Source: an uncultured archaeon
Lineage (GTDB): Archaea; Thermoproteota; EX4484-205; JAAOZP01
Assembly: GCA_938045545.1 (NCBI GenBank)
Contig: CALIBN010000040.1
Location: 1-28,144 of the forward strand
DNA length: 28,144 nt
Reading direction: 5' to 3'
Positions 27,242 through 28,144 of this stretch are shown here, piece by piece. A program made the translations under genes and the position numbers. The first letter of the stretch is position 1, and the number at the start of each line of letters is the position of its first letter. The notes below the pieces were generated by a model, which ran no database searches, had not been told where the DNA came from, and saw only the letters and a list, made by a program, of their open reading frames with translations.

Positions 27242-28144
27242 ATGGGTGTTCAGCTGGGCGACATAATTCCGGCTAGGGAAATCAGGCTGGAGAACCTCGC
27301 CAACAAAAGAATAGCGATAGACATGTATAACACGCTATACCAATTTCTAACCATAATAAGGGGGGCTGACGGGAGACCGTTAATGGATTCTAAGAACAGG
27401 GTTACCAGCCATCTCTCAGGACTATTCTACAGGACTTGCAACTTTCTCTCCGCAGGTTTGAAGCCGATATATGTTTTTGACGGTGAGCCGCCCAGGATTA
27501 AGAGGGAGGAGGCTGAGAGAAGGAGGACAATACGCGCGGAGGCCTCTAGGAAATACGAGGAAGCATTGTCAATGGGCAGGCTCGAGGAAGCCCGTAAGTA
27601 TGCTCAGATGTCGGCAACGCTCGACGAGTATCTCTTAAAGTCTGCAGAGGAGCTTGTGAGGCTCATGGGCGTGCCCGTTGTGCACGCGCCTTCCGAGGGG
27701 GAGGCTCAGGCTGCGCACATGGTGATCACCGGTGTCGCAGACTATGTTGGCAGCCAGGATTTCGACTCGCTTCTCTTCGGCGGCGAGATGCTTGTGAGAA
27801 ACCTCGCGATAACCGGGAGAAGGAAGCTACCCGGTAAGAAGGCTTACGTGGAGGTAAGCCTCGAGGAGATTTCTCTTAAGGAAACCCTTCGGAACCTTTC
27901 GATAACAAGGGAGCAGCTGATAGACATAGCGCTGCTCGTGGGCACCGATTACACCGAAGGAATAAAGGGGATAGGGCCTAAAAGGGCGTTGGAGCTTGTT
28001 AGAAAAGGGATGAGCCTTGAAGAAATCCTTAGGAGGCACGGCGAAGACCCTGCGAGGCTTCAAACATACTATGAGGCTAAGGATTTCTTCCTCAACCCCA
28101 GGGTTAAGGACGTTGGAGAGCTCGAGTGGAGAGACATCGACCAG
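27242..28144 (+). CDS. fen: Flap endonuclease 1 (partial, runs off window end)
   Basis: Not in track because it has no stop. MGVQLGDII...IAIDMYNTLYQFL.IIRG.DG.PLMDS...VTSHLSGLFYRT, APSEGEAQAA, SQDFDSLLFG and GTDY..GIKGIGPK. Confidence 0.96.
   Translation, partial: MGVQLGDIIPAREIRLENLANKRIAIDMYNTLYQFLTIIRGADGRPLMDSKNRVTSHLSGLFYRTCNFLSAGLKPIYVFDGEPPRIKREEAERRRTIRAEASRKYEEALSMGRLEEARKYAQMSATLDEYLLKSAEELVRLMGVPVVHAPSEGEAQAAHMVITGVADYVGSQDFDSLLFGGEMLVRNLAITGRRKLPGKKAYVEVSLEEISLKETLRNLSITREQLIDIALLVGTDYTEGIKGIGPKRALELVRKGMSLEEILRRHGEDPARLQTYYEAKDFFLNPRVKDVGELEWRDIDQ

Noticed and set aside
1-28144. CRISPR array, IS element or rRNA
   Set aside because: No regularly spaced repeats, transposase or rRNA-like sequence was seen.

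Overview
Archaeal chromosomal segment, most consistent with a TACK/Thermoproteota lineage: unsplit Rpo1, archaeal histone, crenarchaeal-type EndA and intron-containing tRNAs. Most of it is housekeeping: a DtxR/IdeR-feoA-feoB metal uptake operon with an upstream palindromic operator, archease, a HEPN-MNT pair, histone, ileS, the rpo5-rpo2-rpo1-rpl30e-nusA-rps12-rps7 cluster, ArsR, endA, DUF47, glyS, pth2, a Zn-ribbon gene, EF-1beta and a partial fen1. Two items stand out. (1) A ~2.9 kb integrase-less island sits in the 3' end of tRNA-Glu(TTC), bounded by a 27-bp direct repeat. It carries a three-gene operon: a frameshifted Cys-rich/TGT-fold (DUF4417-like) enzyme, an MGGG-starting free-standing LAGLIDADG nuclease, and an overlapping unknown gene. 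This is a candidate nucleic-acid modification/nuclease conflict system. (2) tRNA-Tyr(GTA) has two introns (37/38 and T-loop 59/60), and its 5' flank exactly repeats the 3' splice junction and T-arm, as expected of an intermediate or relic of tRNA gene permutation. A GNAT pseudogene missed by the ORF track and a histone with substituted tetramerisation residues were also found.
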